Shown: positions 14,369 to 15,124 of the stretch, piece after piece | Layout of the letters: each line of letters opens with the position of its first letter | Numbering within the stretch: position 1 is the first letter of the stretch | Virus record (IMG/VR): IMGVR_UViG_2728369181_000009 | Direction: 5' to 3' (one strand) | DNA from: a virus | Taxonomy: Duplodnaviria; Heunggongvirae; Uroviricota; Caudoviricetes | DNA: 15,124 nucleotides | Notes under the pieces: generated by a model | The model's input: the letters and a program-made list of their open reading frames with translations, nothing else | The model's database searches: none | What the model was told of the DNA's origin: nothing | Program-made: the position numbers and the translations under genes

Positions 14369-15124
14369 TCAGCATTTTGGCTTGCTGCCCTGAGGCGGCA
14401 AGTAACGTAGCGGATCAATTGCCGTTGCACGGTAACGAATCTGGAAATGCAGGCGAACAGATGCCGCATCAGTGCTCCCCATAGTGGCGATTTTTTGCCC
14501 AGCTTTCACGCTTTGCCCATTATTTACCAGCATCGTGTCATTATGAGCGTAAGCCGTAATGTAATCTTCACTGTGTTTAATCATGATGAGATTACCGTAG
14601 CCACGCAGCTGGTTGCCCACATACACCACCTTTCCTGCACCCGCGGCGTAAATAGGTGTACCCCGTGGAGCTGAGATATCAATCCCTTTATTGCCGCCAT
14701 CTGCTGTCGAATACGGCATGATAACTTTCCCTGTCGTTGGCCATAACCAACAACGTTGCCCTACTGGCGGCCAGGAAGATTTCGGTACCGCTGATGACGG
14801 TGTAACCGATGCGGTTTTGGTCGTTGATTTGGCGGTTGATTTACGTGTACTACTGCTACTTTTCGCCCCACCCAGTTTTAGTTTCTGACCTACTTCAATG
14901 GTGTAAGGGGGGGAAATGCCGTTCAGTCGCGCCAGTTCTTTTACGCTGGTTCCCGTGGTGCGCGAAATACGATATAGCGTATCCCCCCGTTTCACGGTGT
15001 AAACGGAGCCGGAATACGTTCCTGTATCGGATGATTTGCTACCCGAACAGCCCGCCAAAAGCAGCCCAACCGATAACAACATCACGATACCCAGAGATTT
15101 TTTATTCAGGCGTCCCGCACTCAA
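14369..15124 (-). CDS. ygeR: LysM-domain / M23 (LytM) peptidase-domain outer-membrane lipoprotein, 251 aa
   Basis: Lipobox LLLAGCSG, LysM segment YTVKRGDTLYRISRTTGTSVKELARLNGI, Ser/Thr-rich linker, C-terminal M23-like domain. First codon TTG lies at the window edge. Symbol from my recollection of E. coli YgeR. Confidence 0.8.
   Translation of the reverse strand: MSAGRLNKKSLGIVMLLSVGLLLAGCSGSKSSDTGTYSGSVYTVKRGDTLYRISRTTGTSVKELARLNGISPPYTIEVGQKLKLGGAKSSSSTRKSTAKSTTKTASVTPSSAVPKSSWPPVGQRCWLWPTTGKVIMPYSTADGGNKGIDISAPRGTPIYAAGAGKVVYVGNQLRGYGNLIMIKHSEDYITAYAHNDTMLVNNGQSVKAGQKIATMGSTDAASVRLHFQIRYRATAIDPLRYLPPQGSKPKC

Overview
This window is an Enterobacteriaceae (Escherichia-like) chromosomal segment in which a ~12.7 kb integrative element sits between a HAAAP-family transporter gene (yqeG-like, 1..1230, +) and tRNA-Gly(CCC) glyU (14217..14290, -) followed by the LysM/M23 lipoprotein gene ygeR (14369..15124, -). 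The element is bounded by an imperfect 19/20 bp direct repeat of the tRNA 3' end (1545..1563 and 14216..14235). It has the core of a phage satellite / PICI-like island, almost all on the minus strand: a P4-family tyrosine integrase, an AlpA regulator, an AntA-domain antirepressor-like protein, a divergent switch region with a ribbon-helix-helix candidate repressor, six translationally coupled small genes, a P4-type primase/helicase, and an iteron-rich origin directly downstream of it. No sid/delta/psu-like, terminase or capsid genes are recognisable. The parts that look like accessory cargo and deserve attention are: (i) a five-gene operon with its own promoter containing a standalone HEAGH zinc-metallopeptidase; (ii) an acidic coiled-coil protein between int and alpA; (iii) a FinO/ProQ-domain protein co-transcribed with an ANR-like small protein next to the origin; (iv) about 1.1 kb of repeat-rich non-coding DNA at the integrase-distal end. 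All functional calls rest on motif recognition by eye and recalled family signatures; no database search or computation was run.
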